Of a stretch of 64,000 nucleotides of DNA, positions 10,130 to 20,010 are shown in pieces. The position numbers and the translations under genes were made by a program. Every line of letters begins with the position of its first letter. Positions within the stretch are counted from its first letter, which is position 1. The stretch covers positions 166,451 through 230,450 of the forward strand of contig MHGF01000034.1 of the NCBI GenBank assembly GCA_001805445.1, in the 5' to 3' direction. The DNA is from Omnitrophica WOR_2 bacterium GWF2_43_52 (lineage in GTDB: Bacteria > Omnitrophota > Gorgyraeia > Gygaellales > UBA12090). Under the pieces are notes generated by a model. That model had not been told where the DNA came from, ran no database searches, and worked only from the letters and a program-made list of their open reading frames with translations.

Positions 10130-10748
10130 AAACGATATGCTCCTGATCAACTTCCCGCCCGCATGCCGGGCGAACTGGGATGCGTTGGAATTATTGACCG
10201 ATGCCAACCTGCAGATAACCAACGCCAAGATTGCGGCGGGGGCCGGGATAGTGGATACGAAGCTGGCGCAGATTACGACTGCCAGCAAGGTTCATGGATC
10301 GGCGTTGACCGGGCTGGCCAATGTGCCTTCGGGTGCAGGGGTCCTGCCGGATGCAAATTCCCCCAGCAAATTGAAAGCGGACGCAAGCGATACCACACCT
10401 CAATATCTCGATGGGTTGATCGATACAGGAGTATTCCAGGTTTCTGCTGGGGACTTATTACAGCTTGCCAATGGAGGAGTCGGGACGGAGAAATTGGTCG
10501 GTGGCGCGGCAAGTCCCGGCAATAACAAGGCGTATGGCACCAATAGCAGCGGGACAAAGGGATTTTATGATTCGGTGGATTTAGCGACTAACCAAATTTT
10601 GACGGGTGAAAAGACCCTCAATAATTTGAAGCTCGGGGGAAATGCCAATTGCAACCAAAAACAATTGGTTTCGGCCGTGGTAGAAAACAGGACGTCCGAC
10701 CCGGGCAGTCCGGTCAACGGACAGATATGGATTAGGACGGATTTGTAG
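10104..10748 (+). CDS. phage tail fibre protein
   Basis: N-terminus MAWDKTKPEND is typical of phage tail-fibre proteins; Gly/Ala/Thr-rich repetitive body. Confidence 0.55.
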   Translation: MAWDKTKPENDMLLINFPPACRANWDALELLTDANLQITNAKIAAGAGIVDTKLAQITTASKVHGSALTGLANVPSGAGVLPDANSPSKLKADASDTTPQYLDGLIDTGVFQVSAGDLLQLANGGVGTEKLVGGAASPGNNKAYGTNSSGTKGFYDSVDLATNQILTGEKTLNNLKLGGNANCNQKQLVSAVVENRTSDPGSPVNGQIWIRTDL

Positions 10749-10760
10749 AGGCAAGAGAAT

Positions 10761-11636
10761 ATGCCAAACCCTTCTTGGAACCAGACAGATCAGGATTGCG
10801 ATGCTTTCGACCTTAATTGGAGCGCGCATGTCAATGGATCTGCGACATTGATAACGACTACTTTCGACGGCAGGTCGGTATACAAATATGATTGCCCTCA
10901 GCCGGGATCCAGTAATAACGCCTATGCCGTCAATACCAGCCTTTCGGCTTGGACCGAATGTACCGCGGAGGTAGTCTTTAGGATAGATGGTACGGACGGC
11001 AATCATATCGTTCTTCAATTCTATTTACGGGATAGCACTCCCCATGAATACAATGCCAACCTGTATTTCGATACTCAATGGACGGCTCATCCATATATTT
11101 GGATGACGGCACCGATTTTGGGTGTCGACTTACAGCAATGGATCGATATAGATGAGAATGGCTGGCATACATTACGGGTGGTCATCAATAGTTCTCGTAA
11201 GATGTGGGTTTGGGTAGACGGCGTATACCTCGGTTCGATCACTCATGACGGCACGGTGGCAAGCGGCTACACGGTAAACACTATCGGAGTTCACGCATAT
11301 GGTCCCCAGAGGACTCCCCCGCCGTCGAACCGGGTGCTTTATGTAGACCATATCCGGATGTCGACTTCCAAGGTCGAGCCTGATTATCATGGAATTGTCA
11401 ATGTGCAAGGTTATCCCATAAACACAAGGATGGCTTCTCTCGGCCCGGGGAATATGGGCGGTTTGACCGATGTCAATCCCGTAGATGTTTTGCGGTATCT
11501 GCGGACAGGGATGCCGAGAGGGGACGTAAAATATGGACTCCCGCTTGTTTCGGCGGGCGATGATTTGGCAAGTAAGATCAGGGTATATTTGGGAGGCGCC
11601 GCAAAAGCCTTGCAAAAAATGCCGGTATCATTTTAA
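10761..11636 (+). CDS. putative tail fibre / receptor-binding protein (beta-sandwich, lectin-like)
   Basis: 291 aa, Trp/Tyr-rich, follows the tail fibre gene; no motif recognised. Confidence 0.3.
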   Translation: MPNPSWNQTDQDCDAFDLNWSAHVNGSATLITTTFDGRSVYKYDCPQPGSSNNAYAVNTSLSAWTECTAEVVFRIDGTDGNHIVLQFYLRDSTPHEYNANLYFDTQWTAHPYIWMTAPILGVDLQQWIDIDENGWHTLRVVINSSRKMWVWVDGVYLGSITHDGTVASGYTVNTIGVHAYGPQRTPPPSNRVLYVDHIRMSTSKVEPDYHGIVNVQGYPINTRMASLGPGNMGGLTDVNPVDVLRYLRTGMPRGDVKYGLPLVSAGDDLASKIRVYLGGAAKALQKMPVSF

Positions 11637-11664
11637 CAGGGCATTGCTTGAGGTAAATCGAAAC

Positions 11665-11916
11665 ATGACAGAGAAAACCGTACCAGAACGATTGGCAGTT
11701 ATCGAAACGGAGATTACGAACATCAAAGAAACCCTGGATGATATCAAAGATAACCATCTGAATTCTATCTACAATAAATTCGACGATATATGGCAGAAAT
11801 TCGTTTGCCTCGAGAAGAAAATAATCAGCCGGTTACCCTTATGGGTAACGATGATGATAACCCTTTTGACTTCATTATGCGTCGGATTGATAGTTTACGG
11901 AGTGATGAGGAAATAA
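11665..11916 (+). CDS. XhlA-like / holin-like lysis protein (putative)
   Basis: 83 aa with an N-terminal coiled-coil (ITNIKETLDDIKDNHL) and a single C-terminal TM (LWVTMMITLLTSLCVGLIVYGV); architecture of XhlA-family phage lysis proteins. Confidence 0.35.
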   Translation: MTEKTVPERLAVIETEITNIKETLDDIKDNHLNSIYNKFDDIWQKFVCLEKKIISRLPLWVTMMITLLTSLCVGLIVYGVMRK

Positions 11917-11932
11917 GAAAGAGAGGTGAGAT

Positions 11933-12427
11933 ATGCTGAGAAAAATAATCATGATTTCGGCGGTGAGTTTATTGCTGTCCGGATGCGCGGGGATACCCTT
12001 CCCTAAAATCACGACTCCTAAGAAGCCCGAGACGGTTTATAACTGGCGGGAAGAAGTAACCACCAAGCCCAGGGCGATAATAGCCGACGATAAAACTTAT
12101 GTGGTCGAGGAGACAAAGAAAACACTGCAGGTGGGGCTGGAGACCACCCCTGGCAAATTAACGCTGGGAGAAAAAATAGGCAACTGGTTTTCCGGATTGA
12201 GCGTGCTGGCCATAATTGCCTTGGTGATAGGTTTGATCTTGTGTCCGGGAGCAACTCTGGCTTGGCTGGTTAAACTTCTTTTCAAGTGGAAAAGGGCAAT
12301 GAGAGAGACGGTGGCCGCTATCAAAGAATCCAGAGCGGTCGAGAATGCCGAATTACATAATGCCTTGAAAGACAAACAAAGCGTTGAGACCAAGAAAATA
12401 GTCGGGCAAATCAAGGCGGACCTTTAA
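11933..12427 (+). CDS. lipoprotein with an additional TM segment (possible u-spanin-like lysis accessory)
   Basis: Lipobox LLLSGCAG; hydrophobic segment at residues ~85-110; located in the lysis region. Confidence 0.3.
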   Translation: MLRKIIMISAVSLLLSGCAGIPFPKITTPKKPETVYNWREEVTTKPRAIIADDKTYVVEETKKTLQVGLETTPGKLTLGEKIGNWFSGLSVLAIIALVIGLILCPGATLAWLVKLLFKWKRAMRETVAAIKESRAVENAELHNALKDKQSVETKKIVGQIKADL

Positions 12428-12534
12428 AGATACCGCAGAATAAGGCGTGGTCTGGGGAGCAGTAAAGACAAAAGAATAAGTTGCATTCTTTTCTCTTTTA
12501 CGGTCTACTGACCCCTCGAAAGGAGGGGATTCTT

Positions 12535-12801
12535 ATGGTTCGTGAAAACATGACGGCAAAAAAGAGCCGGTATATCAGCGTCCGTAACGACGGCGAGGAG
12601 ACATATGTCGAGAACATTCCGGTAACCGGCCGGATGCGCGACCACCTGCCAGCCGCAAAGTTACGCCTGCGGGAGATCCAGCGGGTCATGCCGTTGGGCA
12701 AATGGTCGGTTACGATTGAACAGCAATGGAAAGAGAACGGCGTCACGCACTTCCAGATGCTGGATGTCGTGTCCGGCAAGTTACAGGAATCAGTGTTGTG
12801 A
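12535..12801 (+). CDS. hypothetical protein
   Basis: ATG 12535 with strong RBS AAGGAGGGGA. Confidence 0.3.
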   Translation: MVRENMTAKKSRYISVRNDGEETYVENIPVTGRMRDHLPAAKLRLREIQRVMPLGKWSVTIEQQWKENGVTHFQMLDVVSGKLQESVL

Positions 12802-12957
12802 CGAGTAAATACCAATGGCCAGCTTCGCGCTTGGGTGATAAAGAGATGGCCTTATTGTTTCAGGAGAAGCAGAAGGCCAAAACGAGCATCTGCGAATTAC
12901 TGTGCAGGGCTGTCAATATCGCCTATGGCGTGACGCTGGAGAAAAAGGAGGATCAGA

Positions 12958-13266
12958 ATGGCTACCAAGCAAAAGCAAAAAGGCAAGAAACAAAAAGTCG
13001 CAGAAAGCAAGAAGAAGTCGGTTGATAATTCCCCATCGCCCAAAGAAGGAATTGTCTTGCATGCCGGAGCCTCGCGCAACGAGTTAATGATGACAGCCAA
13101 GGAGCGTGGGGTTAAGAATTTTCGCGTGCTTAATAAACAGGAGCTGATCGACGTGTTAAAGAATATCGGCGATCAGAAGGGCGTTGATGCGATCGTGGCC
13201 GGGGCCGTTGCCAGATGGAAGTCCGGCTGGGGAAAAAAGAAGGTGCAGAATGAAAGTCAAAGCTGA
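12958..13266 (+). CDS. basic DNA-binding protein (HeH/Rho-N-like motif), hypothetical
   Basis: Lys-rich N-terminus, then SRNELMMTAKERGVKNFRVLNKQELIDVLKN, which resembles HeH/SAP/Rho-N folds. Confidence 0.3.
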   Translation: MATKQKQKGKKQKVAESKKKSVDNSPSPKEGIVLHAGASRNELMMTAKERGVKNFRVLNKQELIDVLKNIGDQKGVDAIVAGAVARWKSGWGKKKVQNESQS

Positions 13267-13561
13267 ACTTGATTTAAAAGTTGAGATGGGCGGTGTGTCG
13301 CATGACGGCACCGGCTGTCAGGGCTATCTTCCGGAAGGCACGCGGTATGAGGATATTGTCCGGATATTCGGTGGGCCCCAAGCTGGAAATTCTCCGGATG
13401 GGAAGATCAAGGCGGAATGGATCGGCAGGATCAACGGCCTTGTCTTCACGATTTACGACTACAAGTCGAAGCTGGATCCGGAACGCAATACCGATTGGCA
13501 TATCGGTGGCAAGCAGAAATTCGTAGCCGAACTGGTGAATATTTACTTTAAGGCACAGTAA
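13250..13561 (+). CDS. hypothetical protein
   Basis: ATG 13250 after AAGAAGGTG; 103 aa. Confidence 0.3.
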   Translation: MKVKAELDLKVEMGGVSHDGTGCQGYLPEGTRYEDIVRIFGGPQAGNSPDGKIKAEWIGRINGLVFTIYDYKSKLDPERNTDWHIGGKQKFVAELVNIYFKAQ

Positions 13562-13582
13562 ATAGTATTAGTATTCTAAAAG

Positions 13583-13625
13583 AACCTTCGCTGGTTATTG
13601 TTGACTGGCGGAGGTTTTTTTCTTT
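13583..13625 (+). terminator. rho-independent terminator ending the phage late operon
   Basis: AACCTTCGC...GCGGAGGTT stem followed by TTTTTTTCTTTC. Confidence 0.5.
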
Positions 13626-13651
13626 CAATGGCAATGCTCATGTGATATAAT
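13623..13651 (+). promoter_or_regulatory. sigma70 promoter with extended -10 (TGATATAAT)
   Basis: TGnTATAAT at 13643-13651; weak -35 TTTCAA 17 bp upstream; sits in front of the HTH-mod-res genes. Confidence 0.5.
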
Positions 13652-13706
13652 GTGCAATAATGTTAAATGCTTCAATTTCATCAAATCTAATTCCGGAGGG
13701 GATTTA

Positions 13707-13883
13707 ATGCTACTCAAAGGATATTTAACTGTACGCCAGGTTGCCAAACAACTGGGATTGACCGAATACAGAATTCGGCAATTAATCCGGGAAAAGCAAA
13801 TCCGGGCTACCAAGATTGGTCAGTGGATGATTAAGCCTCAGGATTTAAAGGCCTTTGTCGAAAGCCGGAAGAATATGAAGTAG
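13707..13883 (+). CDS. excisionase-family (MerR-superfamily) helix-turn-helix DNA-binding protein
   Basis: LTVRQVAKQLGLTEYRIRQLIREKQIRATKIGQWMIKPQDLKAF matches the Xis-type HTH consensus; RBS CCGGAGGGGA. Confidence 0.6.
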   Translation: MLLKGYLTVRQVAKQLGLTEYRIRQLIREKQIRATKIGQWMIKPQDLKAFVESRKNMK

Positions 13884-13895
13884 TGAGGAAAGCAT

Positions 13896-16136
13896 ATGAA
13901 ACTTACAGATAATGAAAGACGGGACGCGATAAAGTATATTCAGGAAGGCAAGCCCTTGCCTGATAAATACAGATTTCTTTTGTATGAAGAAGACCGGGAA
14001 GTTGAGCTTGTATGGAATGGCAAGACACAGGAAGTCTGCAATCTTGTCCTACCCTTTCAGACAATAGAGCATATCGATGAACCGAGAAGTGACAGAATAT
14101 CCGGGAAAGAAAAACAGTTCGATCTTTTTGATATCTCAGGTAGACAGATTAAGGGATGGACTAATAAACTCATCTGGGGAGACAACAAATTGATCCTCTC
14201 TTCTCTTAAGAACGGCCCCATGCGCCGCGAAATTGAAAAACAAGGTGGCCTTAAACTCATCTACATTGATCCGCCGTTTGATGTGGGGGCTGATTTCTCC
14301 ATGAATGTTGAGATTGGAGATGAGTCTTTTACCAAAAAGCCATCAGTTATTGAAGAAGTGGCTTATCGGGATACATGGGGCAAAGGCGCGGATAGTTTTA
14401 TTGCCATGATTTATGAACGGTTGAAACTCATGCATGGGCTTTTAGCTGATGATGGCAGTATTTACTTGCATTGTGATTGGCGATTAAGTGGTTGCATGAG
14501 AATTGTATTAGAAGAGGTTTTTGGAAAGAGCGGATTTAAAAATGAAATTATTTGGCAAGGGGCGGTAGGCGATACTTCAGCAAAGAATATAAAATTTATC
14601 AAATCCCATGATACTATTTTCTTTTTCGGGAAAGATTCCGGGTTTAATATCTGGAATGATGTGTTTCAAGAATATAGCGAAGCCAGTAATAAATTATATC
14701 GTCAGGAGGATAAGAAGGGTAGATACCGTTTAGCTCCAATTGATAACCCTGGCGGCGGAGGCTATATATATGATTTGGGTTATGGAGAGGTGATGCCGAA
14801 AAATGGTTACAGAATGCCAAAAGAAACGGCATTGGAATGGATAAAACAAGGTATTTTAGATGTTCAAAAAGGTAAAGTGCCAGGTAAAAAGCTTTATATG
14901 AGTGAAGGGGTAAGATGCCGTGATGTTTGGGCAGACATAGCGTCATTGCAGGGTGTAGAAAGCATTGGGTATGCAACACAAAAACCAGAAAAGCTTTTAG
15001 CAAGAATAATTCAGGCTTCATCTAATGAGGGTGATCTTGTCGCTGACTTTTTCTGTGGCTCAGGCACTACATTAGCTGTTGCTGAAAAGTTAGGACGAAA
15101 ATGGATTGGTACTGACCTTGGTAGATTTGCTATTCATACTTCTCGTAAACGGCTTATTCAGGTTCAACGTGAGATGAAAAAGGTAGGAAAGAATTTCAGA
15201 GCGTTTGAGATTCTTAACCTTGGTAAATATGAGCGAGAACAATATATCAGCGTAGATGCCGATATCAGGGAGCAGGAAAAACAGCAGATTTTAGAGAATA
15301 AAGAAAAACAGTTTGTGGAACTTATCCTTTCCGCCTACAACGCTCAAGCTGTTGATTCTTATAATACCTTTGTCGGCAAAAAGCGCGATCGTCTTGTTGC
15401 CGTCGGCCCTATTGACACGCCGGTATCGTCGGCTTTTGTCGATGAGGCAATCAAGGAAGCCCGGGAGAAAGGCATCACGAAATTCGATGTTCTTGGTTTT
15501 GATTATGAGATGGGTCTTGATTTCGCTGAGCTTAGCCGTCAGGGCGTTGATGTGCAGTTTAAGGTTATCCCCAGAGAAGTGTTTGATCGCCGCGCGGTTG
15601 AAAAAGGTCATGTTAAATTTTACGATGTTGCCTATATCGAGATAAAGCCTGTCATAAAAGGGCGCGGGAAAAATAAAACGATAGCGGTTGAACTGCGTGA
15701 TTTCAGTGTTTTTTATAATCAGGACAGCGTTGAAGAAACAGAAGGCTCGCTTAGGGAGGGCTCAAGTAAGATTGTTGTTGAAAATGGGCAGGTCATTAAA
15801 GTGTCCAAAGATAAAAAAACAGCACTTGTAACAAAAGAAGTTTTGACGAAGAAATGGACCGACTGGGTAGATTATTGGTCGGTTGATTTTAATATGGAAA
15901 GCAGAAAAGAGATTGTCCGGTCAATCGATCCTGATACGAAGGAAGAAAAGGAAGAATGGACTGGAGGATATATTTTTGAGAATGAGTGGCAGTCTTTCAG
16001 GACAAAAAAAGACAGAAAACTCGAGCTTGTATCTGCCGAAAAAGAGGTATCACCAGGACGGCGCAAGATTGCCGTTAAGGTGGTTGATATTTTCGGAAAC
16101 GATACGACAAGGGTGATTGAGGTTAATATTTCATAA
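13896..16136 (+). CDS. mod: Type III restriction-modification system methyltransferase (Mod)
   Basis: Motif IV LIYIDPPF precedes motif I DFFCGSGTT (beta-class N6-adenine/N4-cytosine MTase order); 746 aa; stop overlaps the res start (ATAATGG). Confidence 0.85.
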   Translation: MKLTDNERRDAIKYIQEGKPLPDKYRFLLYEEDREVELVWNGKTQEVCNLVLPFQTIEHIDEPRSDRISGKEKQFDLFDISGRQIKGWTNKLIWGDNKLILSSLKNGPMRREIEKQGGLKLIYIDPPFDVGADFSMNVEIGDESFTKKPSVIEEVAYRDTWGKGADSFIAMIYERLKLMHGLLADDGSIYLHCDWRLSGCMRIVLEEVFGKSGFKNEIIWQGAVGDTSAKNIKFIKSHDTIFFFGKDSGFNIWNDVFQEYSEASNKLYRQEDKKGRYRLAPIDNPGGGGYIYDLGYGEVMPKNGYRMPKETALEWIKQGILDVQKGKVPGKKLYMSEGVRCRDVWADIASLQGVESIGYATQKPEKLLARIIQASSNEGDLVADFFCGSGTTLAVAEKLGRKWIGTDLGRFAIHTSRKRLIQVQREMKKVGKNFRAFEILNLGKYEREQYISVDADIREQEKQQILENKEKQFVELILSAYNAQAVDSYNTFVGKKRDRLVAVGPIDTPVSSAFVDEAIKEAREKGITKFDVLGFDYEMGLDFAELSRQGVDVQFKVIPREVFDRRAVEKGHVKFYDVAYIEIKPVIKGRGKNKTIAVELRDFSVFYNQDSVEETEGSLREGSSKIVVENGQVIKVSKDKKTALVTKEVLTKKWTDWVDYWSVDFNMESRKEIVRSIDPDTKEEKEEWTGGYIFENEWQSFRTKKDRKLELVSAEKEVSPGRRKIAVKVVDIFGNDTTRVIEVNIS

Positions 16137-18820
16137 TGGCACTACATAAGAATTTTCCCAAAGATAAGTTTGCGATTTTAGAACCGGATATTAGATGGTT
16201 TCCGGCTGATGAGGCTTTGCGTGAGCAGGGTTATGAAAAACTACTCCCGCCGTTTGTGCCGGAGTTACGAAAACGAATTAAAGGATGGCGGGATAAAAGC
16301 TATGAAGGAGCAACTGCGACGTCAAAGGCTCTTTTAAACTGGTGGTTTAAACAGGAGCATTTAGCCTATGGAGCCGACGGCAATTCTTTTTTATTTCAAT
16401 ACTATTTTGCCCAGAGGGAGGCAGTTGAGACGATTATCTGGCTTTATGATGTTGCCGGTGTCCGAAATAAATATGATCTTTTGCCTTTCGATTCCCTTGG
16501 CCGCGTGAGCCCGAATATGTTTGATGAGGACTGGCTTCGTTTAGTTATTAAGATGGCAACGGGGAGCGGTAAAACAAAAGTTATGAGTCTGCTTCTTGCT
16601 TGGTCATATTTCCATAAACTATATGAGCCGGAGTCAGAACTTTCCCGCAATTTTCTTCTGATTACTCCGAATATTATCGTCCTCGAACGCATTAAGACCG
16701 ATTTCGACGGCTTGAAGATATTCTATCAGGACCCTATTCTTCCGGATAATGGATATGAAGGAAGAAGCTGGCAGGATGATTTTCAGATAACATTACATTT
16801 GCAGGACGATTTGACGGCAATTTCCCCTACCGGAAACATCTTCCTTACCAATATTCACCGCGTCTATGAAGGCGATGTCAGGGAATCGTCTTTCAGCGAT
16901 GAGGACTTAACGGATTATTTTCTGGGGCAAAAGCCGGTATCAAAAACAAACGAGTCTTTGGTTGAGCTGAGCAATGTTATCCGGGATATTGATGAGATCG
17001 TTGTCTTTAACGATGAGGCTCATCATATTCATGATCCCAAGATGGCCTGGTTTAAATCGATCCAGGATATAAACAATAAGCTAAAACAAAAAGACAAACA
17101 GATCTCTTTACAGATAGACTGCACGGCTACCCCGAAACATAATAACGGCGGGATTTTCGTGCAAACCATTTCCGATTACCCGCTTGTTGAGGCAATTCAC
17201 CAGGGTGTTGTTAAGACTCCGGTTCTTCCGGATGAGGCAAGCCGTGGGAAATTACAGGAACGGCAAAGCGCGATATTTACCGAAAAATATGAAGATTATA
17301 TCAATCTCGGCATAGAAGAATGGCGTAAGACTTCCAAGGAACTCGAGCCGACAGGTAAAAAGGCCATTTTGTTTATTATGACGGATGATACAAAAAACTG
17401 CGATGAGGTGCAGGCATATTTGGAAAAGAATTATGCTGATTTGAACGGAAAAGTCTTGACGATTCATACCAATAAAAGCGGAGATATATCGGAAAAGGTG
17501 TCCGGTAAAGCTAAGGAAGAATTGGATCGTTTACGCAGGCAGGCAAATGACATTGATGGATTGGAAAGCCCTTTCAAGGTGATAGTGTCGGTCTTGATGT
17601 TAAAGGAAGGATGGGATGTTAAAAACGTAACGACCATTGTAGGGCTTAGGGCCTATTCTTCCGCTTCGAATATTTTACCTGAACAGACACTCGGCCGTGG
17701 CCTGCGCAGGATGTTTTTCGGCCGGGAAGATGTCGAAGAATATGTCAGTGTTACCGGCACACCGGCTTTCATGGATTTTGTTGAGTCAATTAAAGCCGAA
17801 GGCGTTGAGCTGGAAAAGCGAAAAATGGACACTACCTCCAAAGCGGTTACCCCGACGGTTATTGAAATCGACCATGGCAACCCCAAAAAAGATATTAAGA
17901 GGCTGGATATTGAACTGCCGATTTTAACCCCCAGAATTCAAAGGGAATATAAAAATTTATCGGATTTAAATGTCGCCGGATTTACTAATGAAAAGTTAAA
18001 AGTGAAAAAGTTTACCGAGCAGGAACAACGAGAGATTGTTTTCCGGCATGTTGTTGAAGAAAAGGTTCATCACACGACTATATTAGAAAGTAACATTGAG
18101 CCAAATTATCAGAGCGTTGTCGGATTCTTTGCCCAGAGTATTATGCGGGAACTGCGGCTTTTCGGATGTTATGACATTTTATTTGGCAAGGTTAAGGCGT
18201 TCATTCAGACGTATCTGTTCGAGATAGAAATTTCTCTTGATGATAAAAATATCTTACGAAACCTCTCGGAGATTGAGGCTACAAAGACGATCCTTAATAC
18301 CTTTAAAAAAGAGATTAATACGTTGACGGTGCGGGATGTCGGTGATGCTCAAATTAAGAATTATACAAGGCTTAGCAATAGCCGTCCGTTTGTCGTGAAT
18401 GATCGGGCATATCTGGTGCCTAAAAAAAGCGTTTTTAACAGGATTGTCGGAGACAGCCAGTTCGAGCTTGAGTTCGCGGATTTTCTTGAACGCCTGGGTG
18501 ATGAAGAAGTTATTTCATTCGCGAAGAATTATTATGAAGTGCATTTTAAGATTGATTACAGGAATGCCGACGGAACAATAGCAAATTATTACCCCGATTT
18601 CTTTGTTAAAACGGACGCAAAGACCGTATATATTATTGAAACCAAGGGGCGTGAGGATTTAGATGATCCTCTGAAGATTAAGCGGCTTGCTCAGTGGTGC
18701 GATGACGCAAGCGCCCGCCAGCAAAAAATTACCTATAAAATGCTCTATGTGAAGCAGGAAGAATGGGACAAATATAAACCGAAGAATTGGAGTGATGTTG
18801 TTGCAATGTGCAAGATGTAA
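16136..18820 (+). CDS. res: Type III restriction enzyme, Res subunit (SF2 helicase + PD-(D/E)xK nuclease)
   Basis: Walker A MATGSGKT, DEAH box VVFNDEAHH, and C-terminal YYPDFFVKTDAKTVYIIETKGRE endonuclease motif; 894 aa. Confidence 0.85.
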   Translation: MALHKNFPKDKFAILEPDIRWFPADEALREQGYEKLLPPFVPELRKRIKGWRDKSYEGATATSKALLNWWFKQEHLAYGADGNSFLFQYYFAQREAVETIIWLYDVAGVRNKYDLLPFDSLGRVSPNMFDEDWLRLVIKMATGSGKTKVMSLLLAWSYFHKLYEPESELSRNFLLITPNIIVLERIKTDFDGLKIFYQDPILPDNGYEGRSWQDDFQITLHLQDDLTAISPTGNIFLTNIHRVYEGDVRESSFSDEDLTDYFLGQKPVSKTNESLVELSNVIRDIDEIVVFNDEAHHIHDPKMAWFKSIQDINNKLKQKDKQISLQIDCTATPKHNNGGIFVQTISDYPLVEAIHQGVVKTPVLPDEASRGKLQERQSAIFTEKYEDYINLGIEEWRKTSKELEPTGKKAILFIMTDDTKNCDEVQAYLEKNYADLNGKVLTIHTNKSGDISEKVSGKAKEELDRLRRQANDIDGLESPFKVIVSVLMLKEGWDVKNVTTIVGLRAYSSASNILPEQTLGRGLRRMFFGREDVEEYVSVTGTPAFMDFVESIKAEGVELEKRKMDTTSKAVTPTVIEIDHGNPKKDIKRLDIELPILTPRIQREYKNLSDLNVAGFTNEKLKVKKFTEQEQREIVFRHVVEEKVHHTTILESNIEPNYQSVVGFFAQSIMRELRLFGCYDILFGKVKAFIQTYLFEIEISLDDKNILRNLSEIEATKTILNTFKKEINTLTVRDVGDAQIKNYTRLSNSRPFVVNDRAYLVPKKSVFNRIVGDSQFELEFADFLERLGDEEVISFAKNYYEVHFKIDYRNADGTIANYYPDFFVKTDAKTVYIIETKGREDLDDPLKIKRLAQWCDDASARQQKITYKMLYVKQEEWDKYKPKNWSDVVAMCKM

Positions 18821-18933
18821 TAAGAATGGGTTATATCATGGCACCCGAATGATGGCGATCTGGAAAGGATATTAAATAATTCTGTATCCAAGGATAATTA
18901 CAGAAACCAAGATTAGAATTACGGAGTGAAGAA

Positions 18934-19518
18934 ATGGACGAAAAGATAAGGCAATCTTGGGAACGGTTTCTTAATCCAGATGTGGTGCACCCACATTTAA
19001 TTGTGACATCGGTTTATATTTTTGCTTACGAAATCCTCAAAGATTCTATCATTGGACGTATTCGTGATTTCTTCTGTAATGGTTTTAATGAGAAGGGCGA
19101 CATCATCGATCCAAAATATCAAACCGACGTTTTGAGCCTGAATAAAAGCCCTGTTTATGCCAGCCTAGAATGGTTAAAACGCATGAATGCAATCGATCAG
19201 AACGACATCGCAACTTTTGATAAAATTAAAGAATGCAGGAATACCATAGTGCATGACTTTTCCCATCTTACAGCGGCTACGGGATTACCTCAGAGCTTTG
19301 AGAATAATTTTGGGGATATGGTTTCTCTTCTTCGTAAAATCGAGGTCTGGTGGATAATGAATGTTGAATTGGCCATTAATCCAGATTATGACGGACAAAA
19401 GATTGACGAAGCTGGTATTATGCCTGGTCCGCTCATGTCTCTTCGGATTTTATGTGACGTCGCATTAGGCTCGGATGAGCAAAGCCGATTTTACTTTGAG
19501 CGATTCAAACAAGCATGA
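18934..19518 (+). CDS. hypothetical protein with HEPN-like R-x4-H-D motif
   Basis: 194 aa, AT-rich; KECRNTIVHDFSHL contains R-x4-H followed by D, as in HEPN RNase active sites. Confidence 0.25.
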   Translation: MDEKIRQSWERFLNPDVVHPHLIVTSVYIFAYEILKDSIIGRIRDFFCNGFNEKGDIIDPKYQTDVLSLNKSPVYASLEWLKRMNAIDQNDIATFDKIKECRNTIVHDFSHLTAATGLPQSFENNFGDMVSLLRKIEVWWIMNVELAINPDYDGQKIDEAGIMPGPLMSLRILCDVALGSDEQSRFYFERFKQA

Positions 19519-19542
19519 ATAATTCGTGACAGGGAGGTAATA

Positions 19543-19917
19543 ATGATAGCGCTAAATGGCGATCTAATTTTAAAAATAAGTAGTGGGGCATTGACTGTAA
19601 TTACTTTATACGAATTTTATAAACGAAAGAGATTAGAAAAAGTAGTGAGGACAAATACATGGAGTCTTTATCGCGATGCATCAGCTATTTTAGCTGGTCT
19701 TCAAGGATTGCAAAAGAAAATTCAAGGCAACCAAGATGTCAATTATGAACTGGGTAGATTAACTGGTTTAGCTGAAGATATGATGAACAATCAAATAAGG
19801 CAAATAAATGTTAATGAAGGAATAACTTGGGGAAAAATAGAAAATTGGAAAAAGAGAAAAAGAATTTGCAACGAGAGCCATATTGAAGAAGTTTTTGCAA
19901 AATTTGCAGAAAAATAA
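19543..19917 (+). CDS. hypothetical small protein with N-terminal hydrophobic segment
   Basis: 124 aa; N-terminal LILKISSGALTVITLY; 24 nt after the previous gene. Confidence 0.25.
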   Translation: MIALNGDLILKISSGALTVITLYEFYKRKRLEKVVRTNTWSLYRDASAILAGLQGLQKKIQGNQDVNYELGRLTGLAEDMMNNQIRQINVNEGITWGKIENWKKRKRICNESHIEEVFAKFAEK

Positions 19918-20010
19918 AGGAAGCAAAGGATTCATTTTTTCTTTAAGGGTGTAAAAAATAAGTGCCTGTCCTATTTTTTTTGAATAGTAAATTTGTTGGG
20001 AGGCTAAAAA

